64,000 bases of DNA from an archaeon (lineage in GTDB: Archaea; Nanobdellota; Nanobdellia; Pacearchaeales; GW2011-AR1). Where the stretch lies: NCBI GenBank assembly GCA_018651605.1, contig JABIDS010000010.1, positions 32,053 to 96,052 of the forward strand. Direction: 5' to 3'. The notes under the pieces were generated by a model. That model did not search any database. It had not been told where the DNA came from and worked only from the letters and a program-made list of their open reading frames with translations. Positions 63,699 to 64,000 of this stretch are shown here, piece by piece; positions within the stretch are counted from its first letter, which is position 1, and the number at the start of each line of letters is the position of its first letter. The position numbers were made by a program, and so were the translations under genes.

Positions 63699-64000
63699 AT
63701 GAAAATCCTTTTAATAATTCCAAGATATTTGCTAACAGACAAACCTAATTATGAATATTCCTTTCCACTAGGATTAGCTTATATTTCTGCATCAATGAAA
63801 AAACAAAGGTATGAAGTAGATTGTTTAAACCTGAATCACCTTAATGGAAAAATAGATAAAATATTAACACGAAAATTAAAACTTAAAAATTATGAAATAA
63901 TCTGCACAGGACACATAGGAATAGGATACAGGGTTTTAGAAAAAATAATACAAACAATAAGGGATTATTCTTCAAATTCAAAAATAATTCTCGGAGGGGC
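63699..64000 (+). CDS. B12-binding-domain radical SAM protein, paralog (partial, runs off window)
   Basis: MKILLIIPRYLLTDKPNYEYSFPLGLAYISASMKKQRYEVDCLNLNHLNGK... is collinear with the N-terminus of 59630-61228. Confidence 0.7.
   Translation, partial: MKILLIIPRYLLTDKPNYEYSFPLGLAYISASMKKQRYEVDCLNLNHLNGKIDKILTRKLKLKNYEIICTGHIGIGYRVLEKIIQTIRDYSSNSKIILGG

Overview
This is an AT-rich, very gene-dense archaeal window with short or overlapping intergenic junctions. It looks like a small-genome (DPANN-like) archaeon, although that assignment is inference and no database search was possible. The housekeeping backbone includes these groups: L44e-S3Ae-Ndk; S13-S4-S11-RpoD ... L18e-L13-S9; L21e-RpoF-DUF655; RpoN; RNase P Rpp21; Dus; SecF/SecD; an orphan 5S rRNA; and six tRNAs (Val, Thr, 2x Leu, Arg, Gly). 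Metabolic and stress genes are desulfoferrodoxin plus rubrerythrin, and a TrmB-controlled Gnd-like/UxuA sugar-acid pair. The accessory content is dominated by cell-surface genes. There are two operons of giant secreted proteins (1904 aa; 1311+1495+558 aa), each led by a tiny overlapping ribbon-helix-helix (RHH) gene. Two paralogous MacB-type ABC/surface-protein modules flank the second giant-protein island. Other accessory genes are an HTH-TM-beta-propeller protein, a RelE-like toxin pair, and a glycosylation/radical-SAM cluster at the right end. The most unusual observations are listed here. (1) A conserved in-frame 30-nt module (peptide TPAGVPSEGK, containing the palindrome ACACCTGCAGGTGT) is embedded at non-homologous positions in four different ribosomal-protein genes. 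(2) Two tRNA genes are each followed by a roughly 100-nt structured spacer and a direct repeat of their own 3' end. (3) A Cas4-like PD-(D/E)XK nuclease is fused to a GT2 glycosyltransferase and sits next to an XPD/DinG-like helicase. (4) One tRNA-Leu has an apparent A34 anticodon. I saw no CRISPR array, transposase or integrase.
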